Part shown: piece after piece, positions 30,127 to 43,450 of the stretch
How the letters are laid out: each line of letters begins with the position of its first letter
Numbering within the stretch: the first letter of the stretch is position 1
Assembly (NCBI GenBank): GCA_047495785.1
Contig: JBLDXI010000017.1
Coordinates: 3,348,001-3,412,000 of the forward strand
DNA from: Lepidodermella squamata
Lineage: Eukaryota; Animalia; Gastrotricha
Direction: 5' to 3'
Length of the DNA stretch: 64,000 nucleotides
Notes under the pieces: model-generated
The model's database searches: none
What the model was told of the DNA's origin: nothing
The model's input: the letters and a program-made list of their open reading frames with translations, nothing else
Program-made: the position numbers and the translations under genes

Positions 30127-30929
30127 GAAATAGTCTGCTGGTTTAATATTTTCTTTCTTATGAAGTCAAAATGAGTTTTATCGATGGTTGTGAAATATCG
30201 AAATTTTATTCTGAGCTGACTACCGCATTATCAATAATATTTAATACACTGTATACTGTTAACCAAAGCTCGATTCTTAAGCCTTACGGCATATGAGAGA
30301 AAGACGATTAAATTTCAAGAGCCTGAGCTCTTTTTGTTGTCATCGACCATATCTCGTTTCTTCCAGCCTGAAAAGGCGGCCTGTTGATAACTGTAAGAAA
30401 TGCTTGATTTTAGCCAAGTCTTACTTGCATCACTGAAGGTTGTGAACTACTGGTTGTGCATTTATTTATGACTCCTTGCGACTTTTACATCCATTTTTAC
30501 TTGTTTTGCTTTCTACGGCGCACATTCTATTGAGATGGTGGACGTTACAATAAAAGCTTTTTATGAATTATGTGTTGCAATTTTTTCAGCTGCATAAAAC
30601 TTGGCGTTTGTCATTTGATGAAGTTTCTGAGAACAATTTCATAAGAAAACTAACTGCAGTGAGCCGATTACTCAAGTAAATATGTTATTGCGTAGTCGCC
30701 AAAATCCAAGTTTCCTATATCGATAGCTTTATGAATTGGCCGTTTTCGGAAAATAAATTCATCCGGGTTCCTCGAAACCGGCGCAATGCCAACCTCTGAC
30801 CTCGGGAAGGTCCAGTATTCATGTGGAAATTTCAAAGGATCATTATGATTTCGGAAATGATTTTTCACGTTTTAATCTGTCAAAAAATCGAAATACTATG
30901 TTAAGACGGGGTTACGGGTTGAGTTCTTG

Positions 30930-32740
30930 ACAAGTTGAGAGCAATTTTCAACATTTCTGATTCAGATGTTAATTTCAAACGGCTATCGCATATCGATACG
31001 GCTATTGAGATTGAGGAACCTTCAAAAGTTGCAAAAGAGACGGTCCGAGGTGATAAAGTTCGTCGGTTATTCAAGTCAAGTCCAAATTCAAAGATGATTC
31101 AAAGAACGAGAAGGTTTCCTCTTCCAGTCAGAAATCGCTCCCACCTTGTCATTCGTGCGGCAGGACGAACCGCCCGCACGAAAATGGTTATCAAAGCAAT
31201 GATATTTGCGATTTCTGCGATAAAAAGGAATATAAAGCGATAAAGCAAATTGAAGGCGGAGGATACTTCTGTGAACTCAATTAAGAGTAGAGGGAATTGG
31301 CTAATTTTAAAATTGGAAATTTTACCGTCTACAATACGTCGATTTCTTACTGCATTTCTTGCACTTCCTTTCGGCGGTTTCTTGTTTCCTGAATTCCGAT
31401 TCGAATTTCAAGGCTATTGATGTCGCGATTGAAGTGGAAGAGGCGGTAAGAGTTGCAAAGGAGACGGTTTCTGGCCCGCAATTTTCTTCTCAGTCGATGC
31501 ACAACGTGTCTCGGATAGTTGTTGAGCTGGAGTCAAAAACGTCATTTCAACAAGGGCTGACATTCGACATAATTCCCGTCTTCGAATCGCGATTCTTGCC
31601 GAGCGTGTGGCAAATTTGAAAGTTCAAATATTTGCAAGTTCAAAAATACTGAGTGCTTTTTTGTCACAAACTATTGTTTTACTGATTGTCTCAGTTATCA
31701 AAGGGCTGATCGACACACATTATTTTCTGTTTTATGCTATTTCCGTCAATGCTATTCGTGGTCAGGGTGGCCGCTCTATTTAGGCGATCGATCGTCAATC
31801 GAACTCAAATGGCGCCAAACAAATAAATCGTTTTTGATGTTCAATCAGCTTCTCCAGCTCGAAATTGTCTGTGGCTATGGGGTAAATTTCATTTCAACCG
31901 AGGTTTGGAAACAAATCGGTTCTCCTGCTCTTGCGAACCCCGCAGCACCAAGATTCGCCAATGCATCGAATCACCCGATTCCTGTTTCGGGCATATTCCT
32001 GCATTTCTGATCGGCAAAATGTTCTGACGTTTTGTGGCATGTTTCTCCACATCTTAATAATATGCTTGGTCGTAACGGGACTCTTCAGTTGAATTTGTCT
32101 ATTGATCAAGATTTTCGATGACATTAAGCCGGATTTGGAGCTACAAAAGGCCTGTCGCGAACTTCTTAGCAATGAATTTCCTAAATTTTTCGAGCCTGAA
32201 CGCGACTTGGAGCTCAAGGTTAAATTGCCCGAATCGGTGCCTGTTTTCTGCAAGGCTGGACCGGTTCTATTTACTCTTGGCTCGTGAACAAAATGTGGTA
32301 GATGCCTTCGACGGTGGTGTGGCTATAAAGGATGGCTAAAACATGAGATGTAGCTACGTCTCATGGGCTAAAAGGGTTTGGGAACGAGTTCAACTCAATG
32401 ACGGGATACACTTATTCAAAAAACCGTTGTTTCCAGGCGAGACTAAACGTAATTTGCGAGTTTGTGGCGATTAAATTGAACATCATCGTTATCCACTTCC
32501 ACTTCCATATCAGCTGATTTAATGCGGAAATTACATAGCGGTTATAGCTACAGTCAGTTCGATTTGGCCGGCGCCTACAACCAGATATGTTTAGGTCCAA
32601 TGTCTCAAAAGCGGCTGGCTCTGTAAACTCACAAAGGAGAACGATTACCTTTCGGAATTACGTCAACGCCGTGCTACTTTCAAGAAATCATGGATTGACC
32701 AGCGATTTTTAAGCTAATTCTTGTGCGCCCCTTACTTGAT
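30930..32740 (+). mobile_element. Decayed Ty3/Gypsy LTR-retrotransposon gag-pol remnant
   Basis: Gag-like AIEVEEAVRVAKETV; zinc-knuckle remnant CKFKNTECF/CHK at ~31633; pre-RT LQKACRELL..EFPKFF..PVFCKAGPV; RT motifs HRYPLP, DLAGAYNQI (~32561) and RLPFGITSTPCYFQEIMD (~32642). Stops and frameshifts throughout; no LTRs identified. Confidence 0.85.
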
Positions 32741-32964
32741 TTTTCACTTCAACCATCGCCTGTTTGGGACATTTCCCATTCAGCGCGAAGCTGCCCTCTC
32801 TTGTATGCTCTCTTGGGGTATTAACCCACTTCCGCTATAACACAAAGGATATAAATCAGTGAATCGGGTGGGGATATACGTGTGAGGATGTAAAATAATC
32901 AGGTATGGACATCCATCTGATGGTGAGAAAGGTAGAAGGCAACCAAGGCATCCGGATCTTCGTC

Positions 32965-33215
32965 CAGAGGTGGAAAGAGGTCGGTTAGACCGGCCGATAA
33001 ATTGACCGGTTGCCGGTTGGGCCAGGTCGCTAAATACACGAATATGCTGTTTTATGTCTAGGAGAATTATTATTATTGATACTGATTAAAAGCCGGCAAT
33101 TCCCCGGTCAACCGGCTTTCAACCGGCTTTCAACCGGCTTAGGTTGCCGGTGGGTGACATGGGTGTTGGTTTGGTCGCCGGTCGGGTTGGGTGGAGTTTT
33201 TCTGACCTGTTTCTG
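32965..33215. mobile_element. Degenerate hAT-like MITE
   Basis: Left end CAGAGGTGGAAAGAGGTCGG, right end CTGACCTGTTTCTG (partial inverse), many internal (A)ACCGG repeats. No TSD found. Confidence 0.4.
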
Positions 33216-34608
33216 ACCATATCACCATAGTAGACGGTATATAAAAAATTCGATAAGTTTCAATAACGAAAAAAGAACAATACAGTTTTTATTGAACTGA
33301 ATCAGTGATCTAATTGTATATCGCATTATCAGGAATGTGAAAATTATTAATATATCGCAGCATTCGATTCGACTTTCTCTCAACAAATAAATGGAAGCAG
33401 ACGGAAATAAAAGAGGCAAGCACAATCGCATGTAATTTAGATTACAAATAACCGAGAAATATTAGGCACTCCGCCATTTAGCAGACAGCACAGAAGATCC
33501 ATCACCAAGACCACTCATAGAAATATTATGGTGCAGCAATGAAAAATAATCCAAAATAAAAGTAATAAATTATAATAATATATTATGCCATATTCCGCTG
33601 TGACCAATAACTCAGGTAATATTGGCGTTCATCATTTCTTTGATTTGGGCAACATTTAAGATTGTTTTGTGGGCTAACAATTATTTCCTGTCCAGTAGCA
33701 TGACAGAGAATGACCAGTTCGTGTTAGTTGCCGCCACTGAGCGAATTATTGTCCACAGCACAAATAATAATAACAGAATAAATGCAAGAACACAGAGCAA
33801 AAAACCCGATCAAGCCAAAACATCAATTTTCAGCTGATAATCAAATACAAAGGAAACGACGGATTTAGCTCAACTGTCGATACAAGTTTCAATAGAGGAC
33901 TATAAACGCTATTTTTGGCACGAAATTGTTTGCTTGAAGTAAGAAATCCGGTCTGAATAACGGGTGTCGCACTACTAATACAGGAGAAGGAATATTGATG
34001 CATTCGCGTGTGGCGAGTTCATCCAAGATCTTGAGCGGAATGAGCAACCGAAACTCACGGTAAGCCATTTATATCACGGAGTCAATATCGCAATTGCAAT
34101 GAACCCTCCTATTGAGCTACCATACTGAAATTAATTTTAATACGATAAGCGCAATAGACCTCGATGAGCAAACACATATATCAGAGGTTACAAGGACTCA
34201 GAGGTATCAACGTGACAGCAATTTGGCGAATCGACTGAATCAATGCGACTGAAATCTGAATCCTACACGGCTCTCCATAGCAGATCCACTCAAAGCGAAA
34301 CCCGTGCAGTGATTGAAAGACAGATTAACTTAGAATGTGACCATGATAAATGGAAGTAGATCGTCAAGTAAAAATGCAAGTTAAATGAGAAACTAATGCT
34401 AGCCAAGTCAACAGATCAAAAAATATGCACGCTATCAAAGCAATAGAGATGGCTAGTATAAAATGCATTGTAAATTGAAGCGTTCTCCCGCGTTCGGAAG
34501 GATAGAAAAACATAGATAACAACTTTGAAAAGGCAATGACCAAATATAATTGTTTGTCGTCGAGTTCCGTCGATTGCATGATTTAATGATTTCCACATCG
34601 AATCGGCG

Positions 34609-35301
34609 TCAACCGAACGCTTCTTGAGCAGAAAACGTAAGATAAAGGAAACCGTCGTGATCCCTGTGCGATTCATAACTGTGGGAATTGAAGTTAGCAT
34701 CATTATATAATGACCGGTAAAATCTTACACTGTCCCCATCGGTGCAGAATATTCAGCCAAAGATTTGCCTATTAAAATGAAGCCTTATATAAATGAGAAA
34801 TCAGACGTAATGCCGGCTTAATACCATTGACAAGTAGAAACAGTGATTTCGAAGGTGCCAAACGAAGACGAGATCTAAAATGTAACGGCAACGTTTGAAT
34901 ACTCCGTACAATAAAGCAACATACCGCAGGATGGATATGAATTGGCCGACGCTGATTTCATTTGGCACAAGAAACTTTGATTTATCCAATTCGGGCATTT
35001 CCGTATCCTTCTTGTAGCGCTCGACGATTATCTGAGCGGATGCAATATCACTTAAAATATAGGAAGACTAATAAAGCTGAAAATATCTCACTGGAACTTT
35101 GTTTGGGAACTTCTGGCGTATTTCTTCAACCTCGGCCACTCGTTGCTCTGTTGAATGTGAAGAGTAAATGATAGCAGTGGCGACATTGATCATAAACTTA
35201 CCAAATGTTTTCTTGTCTTTGAATGACTTTTGTGTCTGCTTTTTAGGACAGGAGAAAAAACTGGACGAGTTTGTAGTAGAATCTGGTTTTTTAAATAGCA
35301 T
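34609..35301 (-). CDS. MAP1LC3: Autophagy protein ATG8 family, LC3 subfamily
   Basis: Joined exons give SFKDKKTFEQRVAEVEEIRQKFPNKVPIIVERY...LDKSKFLVP...LFLLVNGKSL...YESHRDHDGFLYLTFSAQEAFG*. Confidence 0.95.
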
Positions 35302-35760
35302 GGCTGAAATTCAGCAATGAGGTTAATTTTTTTCAATAGTCAGCTATAAAGCAAACAAAAATAGGCAGTTTGAAATATTTGCCGGGCAACATCCTCTATG
35401 GTAAACGCCAAAAATATGTGTTGAGGACTAAATGCGAACATGTGTTAAGGACTGTAGTTAAGGACTAAGGTGGGAAAAGGCAAAAGATTGCACAGTGCCC
35501 AGCCAGTCATAAATATTAGAAGAAGGACTTGAATACACGTAAAAAATCTGATGTTCTCACTTTTTATTAGCCAATAATTAGGAAAAATTGCCCACTAATT
35601 TCGCAGTGAACCCAGTAAACCTGAATATAGTTGTTTGTGAGCGAAGCGAGCTTTAGCCAACGGTATTTAACCGTTATGGCTGAAAACAGTGTAAAATATG
35701 CTGGGCTTTGCGTCATGACCCTAAATCCCTTCGCGGGTCACGCGGGACAGACTTTGAGTA

Positions 35761-35788
35761 CTCCTGCCTCCTGCCTCCTGCCTCCTGC
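35761..35788. repeat. Tandem repeat (CTCCTGC)x4
   Basis: Read directly from the sequence. Confidence 0.9.
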
Positions 35789-36740
35789 GACAGGGGACAG
35801 GGGAAGGGACAAAATAAAAAAACAAAGTCTTCTTCATTTGAACCTCATGCATTTACAATAATTTAACATTTTAACATTTTACATAGGGCCCGTGGACGTT
35901 GGAGCAAACTACATCGGTCTTCGGCAGTATGTTATAGTCGCATCATCATCGATATCAAGCCCTTTCCCCCCATCATTGCGATCCACAGGCCAACACTCAA
36001 CCTCGCTAAATTAGAAAAATATCAGTTTTACAATTTTTCCAATACTCATCAAGGTTTATTTTAAAATATAAAATAAAACATACTGATAAATATTAATTTT
36101 TGTACAGTTCATTACTGAATGAAAATAATTTCAAATGAATGAAAACTAATGAAAACTAAACGCAAGAAAAAGCGCCGGTCTGATGCGATTACTGACTCTC
36201 GCTTTTACCGGTATAGAAGGTTGGCGGGCGCAGTAGCCACTGGTGATGATAAGGGGGTACTTACCTAAAGCACCCAAATATGAAATATGCTTCAGGGCGT
36301 CGTTTTTACGGTGAGGCGCCCCATGCAACCCCCGAATCCTGGAATAATTTTGATATCGGATATCGCAATTTTCCTCTGAAGAGGAAGATCCATTTAACCC
36401 TTAATGAGTTTGTTATCGAATACTTATGCCTACTGCCTACGACGGTTGTATGATCTATGATCGATTTCTGGAGCTCCTTTGAATTTCGCGCATTAAATCA
36501 TTTAAATAAACAATCTAAAATAGGAAATCCGATAGGCGGCGAATGTTAAAGAAGACAGAATAAAGAATTTACATTCGCTGTTTGCACTGCCTTGCCTTTG
36601 CCTTCCTCAAAACCCGAGACGCCAAATAATACTTTCAATATCTATTGTATTTTCATCTCACTTTTACGCTTCTTCCAGTGATAGGTCTTTACATGAATTG
36701 TTGTTAGTCATCGCTAATTCCTGTTCTGGCGCAGCTAAAT

Positions 36741-38948
36741 ATGAAGGTAAACACGACATATTATTAGTTACAGTTGGTAATCAGCTTGCGTATTTTGTTA
36801 GGTTCTATGTGCTGTGAATCTTTTCGGATGTCGAGGACCATGGCGGAATTTTAATTTTGTAATTTTTAGTGTCACATCTCGCCCTTCTATAACAATGTGT
36901 TATATCTTAGCGCTATAATCCTCTTGGGAGTCGGCTATTGCTGTCCACTATGCCGCAAAGCGCCGCAGAACATCCATACGTTCATATCGGTGATCGAGTG
37001 ATATCTAAAGGTCGAGACAGCCTCTCAAGAGTGACAGTGAAGTCTTCATCCCCCGATGTGTCAACTGAGAATTCTCCTAGAAAGCATAGCTATCGCAATA
37101 TTTCTTCCAATTACATTTTCGATCGCAGCACTGCCAGTGAGTACTGCTGAGACATCAATCTAATATTTAGGTATACGATTTCCTTATATCATGTGCTTTA
37201 GAAAATATCGCAGCCTTCGTGCTACCTCTCCATTCATCAGAAAGCCTATTTATTGAAATGAACCCAGGCATCGGCTGTCTCACAGCAGAACTACTCAATA
37301 ACGGTCTCAAGTCTCTTCACCTGGTGGAATCGAATCAAAACTTCTTAGAATATCTCAAAGCTTATCGGGCGTTCTCTGATCGTGTAACTGTATCGAATCA
37401 GAGATTCTCCTACTTTGGCGATGCCGTGTCCATGTCTTCTTTATGGGTAAATCAGCTAGCCAGCTGCAGATCTTGGACCTCTGGTAAGAATGGAAAATTA
37501 GCTATTATTTTGACTATAGCTCTGTTTGTTTGTTGACATAGATTCCCAAGCATCGGTATTCACTGTTATTCCCCCTCGACAGGAGCGGTTCGTCATCCCG
37601 TGGCTTATAAATATAATTTCTACGTGGAATCGATTCGGAAGATTCAGATTTTTCTTCGTGATATCAGATCGTCTATTATGGGTAAATCATTGTTACGGAA
37701 ACTTTCGATACATAAATGCTGCTTATTTCTTGCAACTATAAAATACACGCGTTCATGAAAAAGTCGCTAACCTCTAGTGCTTCAAACTTGAGTTAATCCG
37801 TCATCTGATAAGTTACCTAGCTACCAAGCTTCGGACTCATGAAGGACTTGAAGGCTATTTAGTACCGCGCGTCCCAATTTTGAAGCTAAAATAGGCGCAA
37901 TTTTTAGCCCTTCACTGAACTTCCATAAGAACTGCGATGGAAGTGCGAGGCCATGGCTTTAGGATTGACAGTTAGCTCCGTTCCTGTCCCCCCTGTTCTC
38001 CTATTCGTTATTTAACTAAATGACACAATGTACGATTTCATGCCGTGTTATCAAATAGGTCATGAGAACTGAATACCTATACTATAAGCGAAGCCATTTT
38101 TACGGGTATCTGATGTTAATATATTGCTCTATTCGTCGTCCAGAGATGCACAAATCCTGATATTGCTACATCTGGCAATTTCAAGCACTATACTGTTGGA
38201 CACATATTGGCAGCTACACTGTTCGACATGCAACTGCTTACTAAGATTCCTAAATCGAGCTTTGTGCCTCCAATTTCGATGTCTCATGTGGAAATGAACG
38301 CCAAATCGAAGAAAAATACGTCAAAATTTGATCCTCATCAAATGGCATTGACTTTGATCGAGCCGAAGCGAGAACTGAAAGACTTGTTGGATTTGAAAGA
38401 CTGTTCCCTTTATGCGGGATTTGTGAGGCAGTTAACAGCTCGTCGGCACGCCCGAATCATCCCAACATGCGAGTACGTTATATTTAAGTTTTTCAGCATC
38501 TTATACGATCTATTTTTGTTGATAGGCGCCTAATGCCTGGCATTGGACTCGCTCTCTTGGATCTACCTGAAATAACCAGCCCTTCCACGAGAATCGGAGA
38601 CCTGCGACCGGCTAGCTTTTTGCAAATTTTCCAGGTTTGTGATTATCATCAGCCCTATGTTTGTGATTATTTGAATGCAAACAGTTGATGAAAAAGTCTC
38701 CCCACTTCGTACCCGAACTATTTTTGCCGAACTCAAATCAACACCACATCACAAGTGGCGACGACATAACCGATCATCCCAACGATTCAACCTCCTGTTT
38801 CACCCAAAGCGCTTCCATTGCGACATTACACGAGGAAAATGACAAATTGACTCACCCTAGTCACTTATATGAAGAATTTGAAGGACGTCATGCTGATGAA
38901 GATGAGTTGTTCGATTACCAAAATAGTGCCTCCAATCTGCTGTTGTAG
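36741..38948 (+). CDS. Mitochondrial transcription factor B / dimethyladenosine transferase 2-like (start codon uncertain)
   Basis: FIEMNPGIGCLTAELL...LHLVESNQNFLEYL matches the TFB2M-type SAM-fold motif (ECNPGPGILT..LL...ALESD..F); IPKSSFVP; FVRQL..RRHARIIP. ATGAAG|gt at 36741 can splice to 36911, giving an Arg/Leu/Ser-rich leader. Confidence 0.7.
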
Positions 38949-39045
38949 ATTCAAATCGAATTTATATTGCTACTTTTTATATTGATTCCATTTAATTTTG
39001 TTTCTTAGATTGATTATAGAATAATATTATTGTTAAAATTTGACG

Positions 39046-41205
39046 ATGTCGCTAAGAGAAAAACAGATCAATGCGATTAAGATTATGCTGAACCTTAATC
39101 AAGCTGTTTCTAAGGGCGGTTCTATCAATGAACCGCAATGGAAGGTTTTGGTCTACGATCTGCATGCTCAAGATATAATTTCGCCCCTGCTCAGCATTCG
39201 AGAGCTTCGCGATCTCGGTGTTACTCTTCACATGTCGTTGAGTGCTTTTCGTGAGCAAATCGACGAAGCACCTATCGTCTATTTCCTTCAAGCAACAGAG
39301 GAAAACATTAAACTTATTTGTAATGTGAGTTTTTTGCTTATTAAAAGCCAGGGATAAATCTAAGTTTTTGCTTCAGGATTTTAATCGCAAACTGTACGAA
39401 TCTTATTATATAAACTTTACCGGCTCAATACCCCGCCCACTGCTTGAGGAACTGGCGACTGGTGCGGTGAGGGCCGGCTGTGCTAATGCCGTTTCTAAGG
39501 TGTGTTTGATGTGCACGACAAACAATGATTTTTAGTGAAGTTTTTTTGTCATAGATTTTCGACCAGTATCTTGACTTCATCAGCATTGAAGACGATCTGT
39601 TTGTTCTGAAAACTGTTGAGCGATCACCATTCTCGTTCTACTGCCTTAATCGCGGCGACGTTAAAGACAGCGAAATGGGCCCTATGCTAGATCAAATCGC
39701 CGTCGGCTTGTTCTCTGTCTTCGCCACTCTCGGGGCCGTTCCCATCATTAGATCAGCCCGCGGTAATGCTGCGGAACGAGTTGCCGAAATTCTAGATCGC
39801 CGTATTCGGGATTGCCTTAAAGATGCACGCAATACTCTCTTCATGGGCGATCCACTATCCCAAGGCTCACTAAGGTTAGCTGTTAAAAACTACAAATTTC
39901 TCATTCGCTAACAAATTTGTTGGTTCTGTGCCTAGCACTGGGCGACCTTTGTTAATCGTGCTCGACCGTTCGATAGACCTCGCAACGTTGCTTCATCACA
40001 CTTGGACATACCAAGCTCTCGTTCATGATGTCTTGGTAATTTCATCAATTCCTTGAATATATTCGATTGTTCAAAAGTGTACGTTCATGTTACAGCGGAT
40101 GCGTCTGAACAGTGTGGAACTTGCTTCCGATGGACACAAGCGCGGTCCAGCCAAGTCTTACAGTCTGAATCCGACCGATTCTATCTGGATGCAGCACAAA
40201 AACAGCCCATTCCCCAAGGTCGCCGAAGCCGTGCAAGAAGCGCTAGACGCCTACAAGTCGCAGGAGGGCGAAGTGCGGCGTTTAAAGGCTCAATTAGGCC
40301 TTGGCGAGGCCGGAGGCAATGATGGAGACGACGATGCTGCAGCTCTCGCAGCGTTATCTCACAGCTCCACCGTGCAATCACTTTCATCTGCCGTCAGTTC
40401 GCTGCCTGATCTGCTGGAGAAGAAGCGATTGATTGATATGCATACCAATCTGGCAACTGCGCTTCTTGATGCTATCAAAAATCGCAAGCTTGACGAATTT
40501 TTTGAGGTGGAAGAGCGAATATTGTCTCATCAAACCACATCGCTAGCAACAACAATGCTTGGTGAACGCAGCATATTGGACGCGCTCGCAAGTCCCGAAT
40601 TTGGTTCGCCGACTGACCGTCAGCGCCTCGCCCTCATTTGGCAACTTTGCGCTACCGAATCAAACGCCGAAATTGAAAAAATCACGCAAGCTCTGACTCA
40701 GAGTGAAACCGACGCATCTGCGCTGAAGTACATTCGGCAATGGCGGGCGTTCAGTAGTAATCCAATGAATCAAGCCAACCAGTACACTGCTGGGGGTGGC
40801 ACAAAAACTATCAACATGTTCTCAAACTTGCTCTCAACCGGTTCACAGTTCGTTATGGCGGGCGTTAAAAACTTTGTGCTGAAGCAAAGAAAACTACCGA
40901 TAACTCGAGTCGTTGACAGCCTTGCCGAGGGCAAGTCGAACACGACAACGGACGATTTCCGATATTTTGACCCGAAAACCCTTCGCAGTTCCACCCCAGC
41001 TGGCAGCGACGGCGTGCCGCGAGTGAAGGGTCCTTTCCAAGATGTTTATGTCTTTGTTGTCGGTGGTGGCAACTACATTGAGTACGCCAATTTGTTGGAT
41101 GCGAATAAAACCGCTGGCACCGGCCGGCGCGTCGTTTATGGTTGTACTGAACTGGTGACTCCCGAGCAGTTCCTGGAACAATTATCCCGGTTGGGTCGCG
41201 ATTGA
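39046..41205 (+). CDS. SCFD1: Sec1-family protein Sly1
   Basis: MSLREKQINAIKIMLNLN, WKVLVYD...QDIISPLLS..ELRDLGVTLH, RPLLIVLDRSIDLATLLHHTWTYQALVHDVL, VFVVGGGNYIEY. Confidence 0.97.
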
Positions 41206-41516
41206 ACTCTTTCTGAAATGCTTTCAATTTGCTGACTGGGAACATCAGTTGGAATTTATTCCGGAAAACTTTTTTGATTCGGTTATGTATATTTATTTAA
41301 TTGGAAGTACTCCTCGATGAACTAACTTCCGCTTCGAACATTGGCGGACTTCATTGTGTCGTGTATCTACCTATAAAATATATCCTTGGTCCAAGTGCAT
41401 TCTATCGACACATTATTTACTATTGCCATTGAAAATTTGAATGGGTGCTTGGTAAAACTGAATACTAATACTGAATTATTTCATTTTCCTAAGTAGACTG
41501 TGTTAAGGTAGAAGAG

Positions 41517-43070
41517 ATGCAAGGATATGACAATCCAGCCGCCGCGGCTGCTATGGCGGCGCGACAGCAACAGCATTTACAACAACAGCAACAACAGCAA
41601 CAGCAGCAATTCAATCGACAAGCTCCTCCAGTAGGAAACCTGAAACTGAAGCAAGATTTCACTCAATTTAAAGGCGCTTTCACGGTAAGCTCACAGCAAG
41701 CAAGTCATTTTGTATGAAAATTGTTGTTTGTTTCTACTAGAATGTTATCAAGCAAATGGCATCTGACTTATTGGCAAGTGCAGAGTCGTTGAATAGTGGC
41801 AACGAAGAAACCAGGTGAGTCTTTTGGAAATTTTAACCGAGAAGGATTTTATATTTTTGCCAGAGACTATTTAAATTAATTCGGTCACTGCATTCTATTC
41901 ATTAAATGTGTATTGGTTTTCCAGCTGATATGAAATTTATTTCTGTAGGAGACCTCAGCAGCCGTCGACAGAAGCATTACTCAACGATTTTGACTCGGCT
42001 TACACTCAGCTTGAATATAATCTGGTAGCAAAATCTGCTGTTGCTTTGATTATGAGGTTACATGATTCCCTTTTCAGTCCATGTTACATCGATCTTACAT
42101 GCGCCAACAACAAGTCGTACAGCAGAACCAATCAACTGGTCTCATTAATTCGGCTCAAAATCAGCCTGGCGGAGAACCGCCTCAAGGTACCCTTTCGCAT
42201 CGGCTTAATGCTGTTGAAACCTGAACATGATTTTTTGCGTTTGCAGTCGCGTTGAAAAATGTTGTGGACAAGCTGTCAGAACTATTGAAACCTCCCGTTC
42301 ATTTGAAATCCGCGGCTACCGCCGAGTCGATTCAACTCGAGCGCCAACAGCAGCAGCAGAACTTGGCAAATATTGCTCAAATGGACAAAAATCCGTTGCT
42401 CAACCCTCCGTCAAACGAGTCTAGTAATCACAGCACCGGCATAATCATGGGCGCCCCGCAAGTACTCGGTGGCAAAGTTTCCTCGAAACCGCCTTCAAAA
42501 GCCGCCTCCTCCTCGTCTAAATCGTCTTCGAACGCCTCATCGTCAAGAACTTCACCCATGGATCCGTTAGCTCAGTTGCAGTTGATGCAAGGAGCTGATA
42601 TCGTAAAGGTTGAGCAAATGGAACAATCCGCCCCTGGGCAGAGTCAGCAACAGCGAAAGCTCATCGATTTGGGTTACGGCGATTCCGACTCTGACAACAC
42701 GGATGGCGTGAAAAGCGATCGCAATTCACCGACTGATCAAAAGTTGCTGTCTTCATCAAACATGGACGTAGACGCGAGGCCTAATATCGTCGACGACACT
42801 TCTCTCTCGTTGCCCGGTCCAGATGACGAAGCAACCATCAAAAGCGGCGCGAAAGCTGCCCCTAGTAGCATTAACGTTGCGAGCATGAATGAAGACAGCT
42901 TTGGTTTTGGCTCTTTCGGGGATCCTGTCAAGGTCGAAACTCGCGATCCCCCACCACCACCACCGACAAGAAAAATTGACGAAGATGAGGAGGATTTGCT
43001 GTCACCCCCGCCCAAGCCACTCTTCCCTCATTCCAATGATCCTATGGCCGATGCTGACCAAGATTTTTAA
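41517..43070 (+). CDS. Mediator subunit 29 (Intersex)-like protein with long low-complexity C-terminal extension
   Basis: Q-rich N-terminus, then a helical segment LKQDFTQFKGAFTNVIKQMASDLL...EALLNDFDSAYTQLEYNL resembling MED29 (QLKESLQTLMKVAAQNL...DKCLEEFYALCDQLELCL). Five in-frame exons. Confidence 0.55.
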
Positions 43071-43450
43071 GATATTTCAATTTATGTGTTTCCTTCATCA
43101 TTTCAATCTTCACATTTCGAGCTCTTTAACAGACTGTTATTTTTATCTTAGATGCTCTTATATCGTATAATGTTTCATGCAACTTGGATGGTGTCGCTCG
43201 CGCAGCTGCTTTTCCCTGAGGAGGATTTCGGATAACACTGAGTGGCTCATTTGACTGAACGATCTTTTGATCTGATAAAAAAGGTGCTGATTGACGTGAC
43301 CGATATGTTTTTTATTGTTGAACCGGACCCCATTTGTAGGTGGTCGTGCTATTTCTTCGAGCAAATCCAAGAGTCATGAATATTCGTAATATTTTTAATT
43401 TCCATTTCATTTCGATATTTCTGTTTCGCCAAAAAGTAGTGTAACATAAC

